A stretch of 64,000 nt of DNA from Candidatus Thorarchaeota archaeon (GTDB lineage: Archaea > Asgardarchaeota > Thorarchaeia > Thorarchaeales > Thorarchaeaceae), in NCBI GenBank assembly GCA_016933575.1, contig JAFGAR010000064.1, positions 116,902 through 180,901 of the forward strand. Reading direction: 5' to 3'. Positions 1-8,825 of the stretch are shown piece by piece. The notes under the pieces are model-generated. The model was not told where the DNA came from. It saw only the letters and a program-made list of their open reading frames with translations, and did no database searches. Position 1 is the stretch's first letter, and every line of letters begins with the position of its first letter. A program made the position numbers and the translations under genes.

Positions 1-2
1 GA

Positions 3-701
3 ATTCTCGAAACTGCCATCGACTATTATGGTCAAGGCGATGAGTTACTCCGTCAGTATGCAGCCAATGCGAGTATCCCAATCGTCAGTATGGCTCATGA
101 TAAATTCCACCCATTCCAAGGATTAGCTGATGTGATGGGATACAGACAACATGCTGGCAAGAATCTCAAAAGAAAGAAGATTCTTCAGGTGTGGGGAAAA
201 GGAGCTCTTGTAAGGTCTTGGTGCAGTGTGCAGGAGAGTATCCTCATCAATTCTAGATTAGGAATGGATGTTACGCTTGCTTATCCAAAGGGTTATGATC
301 TTGATCCTCAAGTGATGAAATGGTGCAAAGAGAATGCTGAGGCAGCAGACAGCACATTCGAAATAGTTCATGATTTGGAGGAGGGTTACAAAGATGCGGA
401 TATTGTGTACTCAAGGAACTGGATGACATCGAATTTCTATGATGATATGGCGAAGCATGGTGTTGATGAAGCAAAGAAGAATGAGATAGAGATCGCTGCT
501 AAATATGATGATTGGATCACAACCAAAGATTGGATGTCAAGAACCAATGATGCATTCTTTACGCATTGTGGACCTGTTGACCGGAATGCAGAAGTCACGG
601 ATGAAGTCTGTGATGGACCGCGGTCAATCGTTTATGATGTAGCAGAAGCTCGTCTCCACGTACAAAAGGCTGTAATGGCACTTACAATGGGAAAACAATA
701 A
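3..701 (+). CDS. Ornithine/N-acetylornithine carbamoyltransferase family protein, knotted type (5'-truncated by window edge)
   Basis: Frame is open from base 3 (ILETAIDYYGQGD...). Motifs HPFQGLAD (HPxQ), YSRNW and FTHCGPVDRNAEVTDEV (HCLP-like), ending in AEARLHVQKAVM. Confidence 0.85.
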   Translation: MLETAIDYYGQGDELLRQYAANASIPIVSMAHDKFHPFQGLADVMGYRQHAGKNLKRKKILQVWGKGALVRSWCSVQESILINSRLGMDVTLAYPKGYDLDPQVMKWCKENAEAADSTFEIVHDLEEGYKDADIVYSRNWMTSNFYDDMAKHGVDEAKKNEIEIAAKYDDWITTKDWMSRTNDAFFTHCGPVDRNAEVTDEVCDGPRSIVYDVAEARLHVQKAVMALTMGKQ

Positions 702-706
702 TTTTT

Positions 707-726
707 GAAAGGGCTTCGGCCCTTTC
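707..726 (+). terminator. Hairpin GAAAGGGC-TTCG-GCCCTTTC (C-UUCG-G tetraloop) just after the carbamoyltransferase stop
   Basis: Perfect 8-bp inverted repeat 5 nt after the stop codon, followed by T-rich sequence. Confidence 0.7.
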
Positions 727-912
727 TATTAGCCTTTCCAGTTCATTCTACTCAATTCTTTATTCAAACAAATTGTTTAAGCAAGACGTATATATCAGAG
801 CTATATATTATACATTATCGAGCCGGGAGAAATCCAATCGCAACTATTGGATATGTAACTCTGAGAGAGAAGCTACATAGTTCAATTACTAGACTTGGTA
901 TGGGAATGCTCA

Positions 913-935
913 TGTGGGCGCAATCTGCGCTCACA
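913..935. terminator. Hairpin TGTGGGCGCA-ATC-TGCGCTCACA at the 3' end of the orphan ABC ATPase
   Basis: 10-bp inverted repeat with one G.T pair, adjacent to the stop codon at 938. Confidence 0.5.
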
Positions 936-937
936 CC

Positions 938-2023
938 TTATTCTTCAGATATTTCGCTCCATCGATGACATCTAATCCAGTGGTCTGGTTCAACTTCTCT
1001 ATCTTCTGGCACTTGTTCCTTACAGATATCAATTGCATATTGACAACGTGGATGAAATGGGCAACCTGTTGGTAAACATGCCAAGTCTGGCGGATCGCCA
1101 GGAATCCCTCGAAGGCGTGGTCTTTTGCCTGCTTTCATTTGCATCATTGCTATCGTTGGAAATGATGACATCAATCCCATGGTGTATGGATGTCGAGGAT
1201 TGTGAAACATCTGAACTGCAGGTCCCGACTCTAGAATCTTTCCGCCATACATTACAGCTACGCGATCTGCTAGTTCTGCAATGACTCCTGCATCATGACT
1301 GATTAAGAGAAGAGAAACGTCGAACTCTTCTTTTATCATTCTCAGAACGTTCAGTATCTGTCGCTGCATTGTGACATCTAAGGCTGAAGTTGGTTCATCT
1401 GCTATCACCATGTATGGTCCAGCTATCAGTGCCATAGCTATCAGAATTCGTTGGCTCTCTCCACCACTGAAGCAGCCTGGATCTAAGACAAACCTGATTC
1501 CTGCATCAGCAAGTTGAACGATTCCAAGATATTCAAGAACTTTCTTTTTGAGTTCGATAAGCCGTATGTCTTCCTCATGGACTTCTATTGGCTCTGCAGT
1601 CTGATGACCTATGCTATGTTGTGGATTCAATGCATGTCCAAGTCCTTGAGGTATCATACTTATTTCCCTACCACGAATCTTGACGAGTTCCTCTTGTGGA
1701 AGTCTTGTTAGTTCTTTTCCCCTGAATGTTATTTTACCACGAATCCCCGGTCTATCAATCTCCCCATCAAGACCCTTATCGAATGCTTTTCTGAGATTTG
1801 GATCATTTGAAGCACCAGCTGCAAATCTAGCAACTTTTTCAAAAAGTCCAATGATTGAAAGTGCCATACTAGTCTTTCCCGATCCACTCTCTCCTAAAAG
1901 ACCCAGGCACTCGCCTTCCTTGACTGTCAATGATACATCATCTACAGCCCGAATAAGGCCTTTATTCGATGGATAGTATGCCTTCAGATTTTCAATGATG
2001 AGTATCGGATCACCCTTAGTCAT
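938..2023 (-). CDS. Oligopeptide/dipeptide ABC ATP-binding protein (OppD/DppD-like), orphan
   Basis: Walker A GESGSGKT, signature FSGGESQR, Walker B IADEPT, ISHD, HPYT and C-terminal GCPFHPRC...C...C cysteine motif. Confidence 0.9.
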   Translation of the reverse strand: MTKGDPILIIENLKAYYPSNKGLIRAVDDVSLTVKEGECLGLLGESGSGKTSMALSIIGLFEKVARFAAGASNDPNLRKAFDKGLDGEIDRPGIRGKITFRGKELTRLPQEELVKIRGREISMIPQGLGHALNPQHSIGHQTAEPIEVHEEDIRLIELKKKVLEYLGIVQLADAGIRFVLDPGCFSGGESQRILIAMALIAGPYMVIADEPTSALDVTMQRQILNVLRMIKEEFDVSLLLISHDAGVIAELADRVAVMYGGKILESGPAVQMFHNPRHPYTMGLMSSFPTIAMMQMKAGKRPRLRGIPGDPPDLACLPTGCPFHPRCQYAIDICKEQVPEDREVEPDHWIRCHRWSEISEE

Positions 2024-2250
2024 TAAAGCACCAGTGGCGGCGGTGGTTTTTCAGTTAATAAACAGTATCAAAGGAGCATTATAGGGATACCTTACAGATA
2101 TTCTTAAACGGTGTTCTGTTTGACTAAGAAATAACGTAAAGACATCTCCTATGTCGGAGTAGGTCATACAACCTATCCTATTAGATTAATCCACGAACGC
2201 CTTGATGAAGGCTCTAATTGACAAGGAGTTGTAATCGAGGCGTTTTAACC

Positions 2251-3387
2251 ATGGCACAAAATCGAGTATCTTGGGTTGATATTGCTAAAGCATTAGCTTT
2301 GATACTTGTTATTGCTGTTCATTCTATACCTCGAAATTTCTATTCTAGCATATTAACTGGTTTTGTAATGCCAGCATTCTTCATTCTTTATGGTGTCACT
2401 CATAATGCAGACAAACACCGTGAGAATCTCACCGGTTATATTTACAACAGATTCCGTTCATTGATGATACCCTATGTTATTCTTTCCTTTGTCATGATTC
2501 TTATGTATACATTACTTTATCCCCAGATTGATTTTGGATTTACGCCCCTAGATACCTTGTTTTGGTTCTTCTATGGAAATGGTCCAATGGGTCGAATTTC
2601 TCACCTCTGGTTTCTCAGAACCATGTTTTTTGCTATCATTCTATTCTCTTTAGTTGACAAGTATCTTAACAATAAGCCTGAAATTTTGCGTTTCCCATTG
2701 ATATTGGGTCTACCAGCAATTGGTGTATTTCTCAAGACTGCAACAGGGGTTGAACTAGTACCTTGGGGACTGGATGCTGTACTGATCTCGCTATCCTTCA
2801 TTATGATTGGTAATGAAATTCGCAAATTCGCTCATACATCGCCATGGACAGTAGATCCCATATTTGATGGGATTACAGTATTTCTGTCTCTGATTTTCTT
2901 CCTACTTCTCTCGATATCCAATGGATTTGTCAATATTGGTGAGAGTCTCTATGGTTTGTCGATATACACCTATTTACTGACGGGACTTCTTGGAACTTAT
3001 TGTTTAGGAATCATCTCATATCATCTGAGTAATCGAAGTTCTTTGCTTACAAAAGTTGCTCAAAGATGGAATCGATTTGGACAAGAGATTTACGAGCTTC
3101 ATCCTCTCATAATAGAAGCTAACTATCAGTTTCTTGGAGGTCTTGTAGTCTTGAATGTTATAACCTACTACCCGGGTATACTCCTCTTTCTTGTCAATTT
3201 CTTTGCTGCTATGGTGGTCACATACTTTGCGTCTTCGAGAATCATATCAAAATCATCAATTCTTCGTCTTGCGTTTCTTGGTTGGAGTAGCACAAAACAT
3301 GTACCTACTAAGATAGAAGAGATTCCAACACAATCCATCTTAGAAGAACGGCAGGAGATTCTTGAAGAAAACGCTATATTAGAGTGA
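2251..3387 (+). CDS. Acyltransferase family 3 (O-acyltransferase) membrane protein
   Basis: RVSWVDIAKALALILVIAVH, FVMPAFFILYG, RFRSLMIPY and HLWFL motifs; about 10 TM segments; ATG at 2251. Confidence 0.85.
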   Translation: MAQNRVSWVDIAKALALILVIAVHSIPRNFYSSILTGFVMPAFFILYGVTHNADKHRENLTGYIYNRFRSLMIPYVILSFVMILMYTLLYPQIDFGFTPLDTLFWFFYGNGPMGRISHLWFLRTMFFAIILFSLVDKYLNNKPEILRFPLILGLPAIGVFLKTATGVELVPWGLDAVLISLSFIMIGNEIRKFAHTSPWTVDPIFDGITVFLSLIFFLLLSISNGFVNIGESLYGLSIYTYLLTGLLGTYCLGIISYHLSNRSSLLTKVAQRWNRFGQEIYELHPLIIEANYQFLGGLVVLNVITYYPGILLFLVNFFAAMVVTYFASSRIISKSSILRLAFLGWSSTKHVPTKIEEIPTQSILEERQEILEENAILE

Positions 3388-3450
3388 AATGTGCCCTTGC
3401 CAAATTATTATTTAGTGGTTTGATTATCGAAAATGGAGGATTGACGAGGT

Positions 3451-4635
3451 ATGAAATCCGCAGTCTATTTCACTGACCGACAAGCCCGTTCTGACTTCAA
3501 CATGCTTGATAAGATTGAAATTGTTTTCAATAAACTCGGTCTTAAGAAAGCAATCAAAAAGAATTCTAAAGTGATGATCAAGACCCATTTTGGAGCCTGG
3601 GGTAACACGAACTATTTGCGCCCTGCCTATGTTCGTAAGGTTGTAGACTTGGTTAAGGCTCTTGGTGGGAATCCATATGTTGTTGAAACGTGTGGACTTG
3701 GGTATGGATCTGGCGGTGCATACGGAGGTCGAACAACTGCGCCAGAGTATCTCAGTATGGCTGCATTGAATGGATTTACTGAAGGTTCTCTCGGAGCTCC
3801 AATTCTCATGGCTGATGGATACTGGGGCAATGATGTACATCGAGTCAAGATAAAAGGTGAACATGTCAAACATGTTGATGTTGCAGCCGCTGGTTTAGAT
3901 GCTGACGTGATCATAGTTCTGACTCATGCAAAAGGTCATGGTTTGAGTGGTCTTGGAGGAACGATAAAGAACCTGGGAATCGGTCTCGTTGGCAAAAGTG
4001 GAAAGGCTGCCATGCATTTTGATGGTAAGGTTACAATTGATCCAGAGAAATGTCTCGGTCCAGATTGCTCCCTCTGTCTCAAGGTCTGTCCTGTCCGTTG
4101 CATTACAATGGAAGAAAAAGCAGTAATTGACTTGAACGCATGTATCGTATGTGGGCACTGCACTGGTGTCTGTTTACGAGATGCAAAAGCGAAAGCCATC
4201 TCAACAAAATGGCGAACCCCCAAAGATCAAGCAGTCCGATTTGTAGAGAACGCACTTGGTGTGATTGAACTTATCGGGAGGGACCGTTTCTATTATCTCA
4301 ACCTAGCAATAGACATCTCTGATAAATGTGATTGCTGGAATGTTGGAGCTCCGCTACTTGTCCATGATATAGGAATCTTTGGCTCCCGTGACCCTCTCGC
4401 TTTGGACCAAGCTACACTCGATGCGATTAACGAATCCAAACCTAATCTTGAATCTGAGGCTAAAGATGTCCATGAAGGTGATTGTATCTTTGCTATTGCT
4501 CATAATCAGAAAGATCCAAAGACTGGAGAACTACTTGACTTTGCTAAAATCCAACTAGAGCATGCAAAGAAAATGGGACTGGGAAGTCGTGATTATGACC
4601 TTGTGACTCTCACTAAGAAACCTCCGAAAAGGTAG
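3451..4635 (+). CDS. DUF362 domain-containing Fe-S protein with ferredoxin-like insert
   Basis: KTHFG, HAKGH..GLGGTIKNLGIG, two CxxCxxC-type clusters, CDC and DIGIFGSRDPLALDQA. Confidence 0.85.
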   Translation: MKSAVYFTDRQARSDFNMLDKIEIVFNKLGLKKAIKKNSKVMIKTHFGAWGNTNYLRPAYVRKVVDLVKALGGNPYVVETCGLGYGSGGAYGGRTTAPEYLSMAALNGFTEGSLGAPILMADGYWGNDVHRVKIKGEHVKHVDVAAAGLDADVIIVLTHAKGHGLSGLGGTIKNLGIGLVGKSGKAAMHFDGKVTIDPEKCLGPDCSLCLKVCPVRCITMEEKAVIDLNACIVCGHCTGVCLRDAKAKAISTKWRTPKDQAVRFVENALGVIELIGRDRFYYLNLAIDISDKCDCWNVGAPLLVHDIGIFGSRDPLALDQATLDAINESKPNLESEAKDVHEGDCIFAIAHNQKDPKTGELLDFAKIQLEHAKKMGLGSRDYDLVTLTKKPPKR

Positions 4636-4692
4636 AGCTAGTATGAGACTTCACTGTGAAGATTAATATCTAAGACTATATCGTTGCGTAGC

Positions 4693-5217
4693 ATGACAAA
4701 TCAGTCGTTTAGAGAGGAACTCATCCAAGCTCATTTAAAGATGAGAGCACATCTATATCGCATTATAGAAGGATTGACACAGGAGATACTTCTGAAAGAG
4801 ATTTCAGACGAAGCCAGCTATCCCCATATGTTATCACTCATCTGGCATATCGGTGGTGCGGAGACCTACTGGTTTCACCGAGCAGGTCATGACATTGGAC
4901 CAAAATTTCAGATTGAGAAGTATGAAGATATTCAGAAGAATCTTCATGCAAATACTGAAGGTATCAGGCGAGTTGTTAGAGGGTGCGATGATGACCAGAT
5001 ACAAATCATCTCTCCAACAGAAGATGGTGGACCCAGTGTAGCTTGGTGTGTTTTGAGAACCTACCAACATGGTCTGTATCATACTGCTCAGATCTCTAAG
5101 ATTCGCCATATAATTGAAGAAATACCTCCATTGCGCACTGATGAAGACACTTGGAGTACTGGAGTAGATGCAGTCATTGAAATAATAAAGAAGTTCTCTC
5201 CTGCACCTCGCGAATAA
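4693..5217 (+). CDS. DinB/DUF664 family protein
   Basis: LIWHIGGAETYW and HGLYHTAQI histidine triad typical of the DinB four-helix bundle. Confidence 0.75.
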   Translation: MTNQSFREELIQAHLKMRAHLYRIIEGLTQEILLKEISDEASYPHMLSLIWHIGGAETYWFHRAGHDIGPKFQIEKYEDIQKNLHANTEGIRRVVRGCDDDQIQIISPTEDGGPSVAWCVLRTYQHGLYHTAQISKIRHIIEEIPPLRTDEDTWSTGVDAVIEIIKKFSPAPRE

Positions 5218-5232
5218 TAGTTACACAGATTC

Positions 5233-5610
5233 CTAAGATTCATACTTTTTGATTTTTTTACGCAAAGTATAGGATCGGTACGTTCTGATTGGTGCCCAAA
5301 TAGTTAGTGGAGCAATCATGATGATTAGAATGAATGCCATCCAAAATCCATTCTGATAGATTGGATTCATGTAGAACAGCACCAAGAACGGAAGTAGTGT
5401 TGTTGAAAAAATTACAAAAAAGATTGAACTAACCAGAAAATCGTTAAAATGTGCAGCATCGTAACATCCACTTGAGCACCACATTCCCCTTCGAAATATA
5501 TCGTTTTTCCAATCTTCCCCCTCAAGAGATCCACACCATCTGCACCTTACTGCTTTCTTTGGGTCCACTGTGACCAACAAACTGACCCTCCTTTGAACGA
5601 TTAGTGGCAA
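5233..5610 (-). CDS. Small membrane protein with N-terminal TRASH/treble-clef-like Zn finger
   Basis: CRWCG...WCSSGC followed by two hydrophobic helices and a basic tail. Confidence 0.6.
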   Translation of the reverse strand: MPLIVQRRVSLLVTVDPKKAVRCRWCGSLEGEDWKNDIFRRGMWCSSGCYDAAHFNDFLVSSIFFVIFSTTLLPFLVLFYMNPIYQNGFWMAFILIIMIAPLTIWAPIRTYRSYTLRKKIKKYES

Positions 5611-5703
5611 TAACCGAAGAGATGGAATCCAACAACTCGTATGAATGAAGATTTTTGAACTTTGTTAGTGTTCATTGTATCTATTCAAATCAGCGAGAGT
5701 TAC

Positions 5704-5985
5704 TCATCCAGAAGCCTTCTTTATTCCGTTCCATGTGTATTTTGCTGCAAAACATCCTATACACATACACACCAACGAGATGAGTGCAAGTGTGGCAGTC
5801 CATGCAAAACTAGAGTATGCACCAAATGTAATCGCCATTAGAAAAAGAATGGGTCCATTGATACAAGTGCAAATTGTCACACAACAACTCAAAGCTAATG
5901 TCAACAGGGTTCCAAAACTATCATCCTTTGGACCTGGGCTTGGTGGTGGTGGAGACTTGGGAATTTCAATTTCAGCCAAAACCAT
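5704..5985 (-). CDS. Small Pro-rich, Cys-rich membrane protein
   Basis: ATG at 5985 preceded by GGAGGGG; SPPPPSPGP then hydrophobic segments containing SCCVTICTC and CMCIGC. Confidence 0.5.
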   Translation of the reverse strand: MVLAEIEIPKSPPPPSPGPKDDSFGTLLTLALSCCVTICTCINGPILFLMAITFGAYSSFAWTATLALISLVCMCIGCFAAKYTWNGIKKASG

Positions 5986-6059
5986 ACCCCTCCAATATCG
6001 GTGACTTTCAATCCGCAAATCTAGATTTAAATTCTTAGGGTTTTTGTACAGATTTTATC

Positions 6060-7184
6060 CTACCATTTTGGCAGTTCTTCATATCTATGGCACATCACAA
6101 AATGCCCATCCTCAACCTCTCGGTATTCAGGTTTCTTCTCACGACAGACATCCTGAGCGAACTCGCATCTATCTTTGAATGGACATCCAATGATGATTTC
6201 AGCAAGATCTGGAGGTTTCCCGGGAATCCCTCTGATCCTTAATCCCTTTTCCTTTACCTTTCTGATGACCTCCATGGAGGGATTACTCATAATGAAAGCC
6301 CTTGTAAATGGATGCCCCGGTGATGTCATGATAGTTGCAGTACTACCAAACTCAACGATGTGTCCTGCTGTCATTACCGCGACCTTATCGCATGTCTGAG
6401 ATATTGTGCCCTGATTATTGCTTATCATTAGCATTGACAAGTCCATTTCTTCTCTAGCTATTTGGATGGCTTCAAGAATTCGCAACTGAATAGCCATATC
6501 TACTGCAGTAGTAGGTTCGTCTGCGATGAATAGAGCTGGATCTGGGACCAGAGCCATAGCAATTAGTACTCGCTGATCTTCACCTACACTGAATTGACGT
6601 GGTTTCATACCTTTTCGAATATCAACATCTCCCAACTCAATGAGGTCAAGAGTTTGAAGTACTTTCTTCATGACACGAATCTCATTCAGTGTATTATCTT
6701 CATCATGAGCATAGAGACTCTCCGCAGTCTGCTCCTCAATAGTAGAATACGGATTCAGTGATTTAGTTGATCCCTGCGGCACGTAGGTGATCTCAGCACC
6801 TCTTATCTCTCTATACTCCTTTTCATCAAGAGTAAGCAGATCCTTCCCTTTGAACCAGATGTGCCCCTCCACTCCTGGAAGGTCTTCGCCTATATCCTTC
6901 GAGGTAAGCCCTTTTTTGTTTGCCTCATCTCGTAGTTTCCATAGCCGTTTGTTCTCTTCATTTGCAGCAGTTGAGGCGAAGTATCGTGAGAGATTATCAA
7001 AGATGCCTAGAATTGCGAGAGCAACAGTTGTCTTGCCTGCTCCTGACTCTCCGAAAAGACCAACTGATTCTCCCTTTCGAACTTCAAAACTGATATCATT
7101 CACTGCTCGAATGAGACCCTTCTTTGATGTATAGAATGCCTTGAGTCCTTCAACTTTGAGTACTACATCATCATCAACGGTCAT
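6060..7184 (-). CDS. OppD/DppD-like ABC ATP-binding protein, orphan, with degenerate motifs
   Basis: Walker A GESGAGKT and Walker B IADEPT intact; signature FSVGEDQR; H-loop ISNNQG lacks His; C-terminal GCPFKDRC motif. Confidence 0.85.
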   Translation of the reverse strand: MTVDDDVVLKVEGLKAFYTSKKGLIRAVNDISFEVRKGESVGLFGESGAGKTTVALAILGIFDNLSRYFASTAANEENKRLWKLRDEANKKGLTSKDIGEDLPGVEGHIWFKGKDLLTLDEKEYREIRGAEITYVPQGSTKSLNPYSTIEEQTAESLYAHDEDNTLNEIRVMKKVLQTLDLIELGDVDIRKGMKPRQFSVGEDQRVLIAMALVPDPALFIADEPTTAVDMAIQLRILEAIQIAREEMDLSMLMISNNQGTISQTCDKVAVMTAGHIVEFGSTATIMTSPGHPFTRAFIMSNPSMEVIRKVKEKGLRIRGIPGKPPDLAEIIIGCPFKDRCEFAQDVCREKKPEYREVEDGHFVMCHRYEELPKW

Positions 7185-7241
7185 AATTTTTCAATAGAGG
7201 TTTCATTGAAATACTCTATGGCTAGCGCATCAATGCTACTT

Positions 7242-8675
7242 TCAAATTGGTATTTCATCATCATCAATTGTGAAGGCCTTGTAAATGAAAGCCATACAGA
7301 GACCTATGAAAAAGATGATGATCATTATGTTTATCATCACTCCAGGTCCTGTCACATCATTTAGAATAAAGTACGGTTGGTTGATTCCCCATTGGGTCAA
7401 ACCTGTAAGGAAACTGACAATCTCGATAGATGCCATCATAACTATCATGGACATTACTGAACCGAATAGACAGACCACTCTCTTAGTCCATACATGTTTG
7501 TACCAAGGCTTTCCTTTCAATCCCACTCGTTTCTCAGCTTCATACCAAAGTATTCCCCCTGTAAAGGAAACTGTCAAGTTCAAGAGATAGAACGGTATAT
7601 AGTACAGTACATTAGGAAACCCAAATTCAATTGCAAAATTCGGAATTTCATGATAGTAGACTGCTTCATGCGATGCTGCCCAATACACAAGAGACATCCA
7701 AAAAATCTGAAATAGAAGGATATGATATGAGGCTCTACCGACCCTCTGAACAAACCTCTGTACAGAACTTGTTGCTTTTTGCGGAATAGACATCATGGCC
7801 GCGAGAAAGAGTAACGCTGCATAGCCATAGAATAAGAGGGTATAATCGCCTCGAAAGATTACATCGATGAGTGAGAATGAGTCACCAACTATTCCTGGAA
7901 TTGACGAAAAGAAATGAGTCGTATAATCAGTCATGAATATCAGAGAGATTGGTACGTAGATACCCATGAACCAATTCCGCTTGTCAAACAGATTATACCC
8001 TTTCGAGAACCAGAGTCCCAAACCTATTGCAGGCAAAAAGAATAGAACAATTTGACGTATGATCGATACAAGAAATCCTTCAAGTTGACTCTCGAAAGGA
8101 AGCGGGAAAACAAAATGCATCAATAATTGTAGACTCAGCTCACTCAAAAAGCATAGAATTATGGTAATCTTGGGATATTTTGTGAATGACCAATAGACTA
8201 GTGGGAATACTAGAATCGAGCTGAATAGAAGAAAGATGAACCAGTTTCCAGGCCCCCAGAACGGAAGATATAGCAGGAGTAAAAATACACTGGTGTCTAG
8301 ATATCCGAAATATAATCCGATAAGAATTGATGCCATATATAGAATAAGGAATGGAAAGACATAACGTACAATCTTGCGTTTGAAATATTCTTTTGTGTAG
8401 AGGTCTTTTAGGTCTGGAGAAGCAGTGTATTTGAATGAATACGCCATATTAAATCCCATTACTATAAGAAAGAATGGTATGGACAATCTCTCCCAGAAGA
8501 GACTACCAAGATATCCTTTGATCTCCCAAGTCAAGCTATGGTCCATTACGACAAAGGCAATAGCAACAGCTTTGAGAACATCAAGCTGAAAATAGTACGG
8601 TCTCTTACCACCATCTTCTTGTTCTCGTTCTTCTTCTATTTCTTCTGGCGATGTTTTCTCGTAAATCTCTGCCAA
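7242..8675 (-). CDS. Acyltransferase family 3 membrane protein with extra C-terminal TM hairpin
   Basis: QLDVLKAVAIAFVVMDH, SIPFFLIVMG, GNWF and GRASYHILLFQ motifs; multiple TM segments. Confidence 0.85.
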   Translation of the reverse strand: MAEIYEKTSPEEIEEEREQEDGGKRPYYFQLDVLKAVAIAFVVMDHSLTWEIKGYLGSLFWERLSIPFFLIVMGFNMAYSFKYTASPDLKDLYTKEYFKRKIVRYVFPFLILYMASILIGLYFGYLDTSVFLLLLYLPFWGPGNWFIFLLFSSILVFPLVYWSFTKYPKITIILCFLSELSLQLLMHFVFPLPFESQLEGFLVSIIRQIVLFFLPAIGLGLWFSKGYNLFDKRNWFMGIYVPISLIFMTDYTTHFFSSIPGIVGDSFSLIDVIFRGDYTLLFYGYAALLFLAAMMSIPQKATSSVQRFVQRVGRASYHILLFQIFWMSLVYWAASHEAVYYHEIPNFAIEFGFPNVLYYIPFYLLNLTVSFTGGILWYEAEKRVGLKGKPWYKHVWTKRVVCLFGSVMSMIVMMASIEIVSFLTGLTQWGINQPYFILNDVTGPGVMINIMIIIFFIGLCMAFIYKAFTIDDDEIPI

Positions 8676-8825
8676 TGTCTTTCAATCGCGTAATGTCAAG
8701 TGAACCAAATATACCAATTGACCCGAGCATTCGATGACCAATGTATTGCAGATGATGTTACATGTCCGGCACATCCTTAAGGCAGATGTAACGGTTTCAA
8801 AGGCTAATATCTGAGGTTCCACCAC

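Noticed and set aside
705-968. 87-aa plus-strand ORF after the carbamoyltransferase
   Set aside because: TTG start inside a terminator-like hairpin, overlaps the ATPase 3' end, and has no motif.
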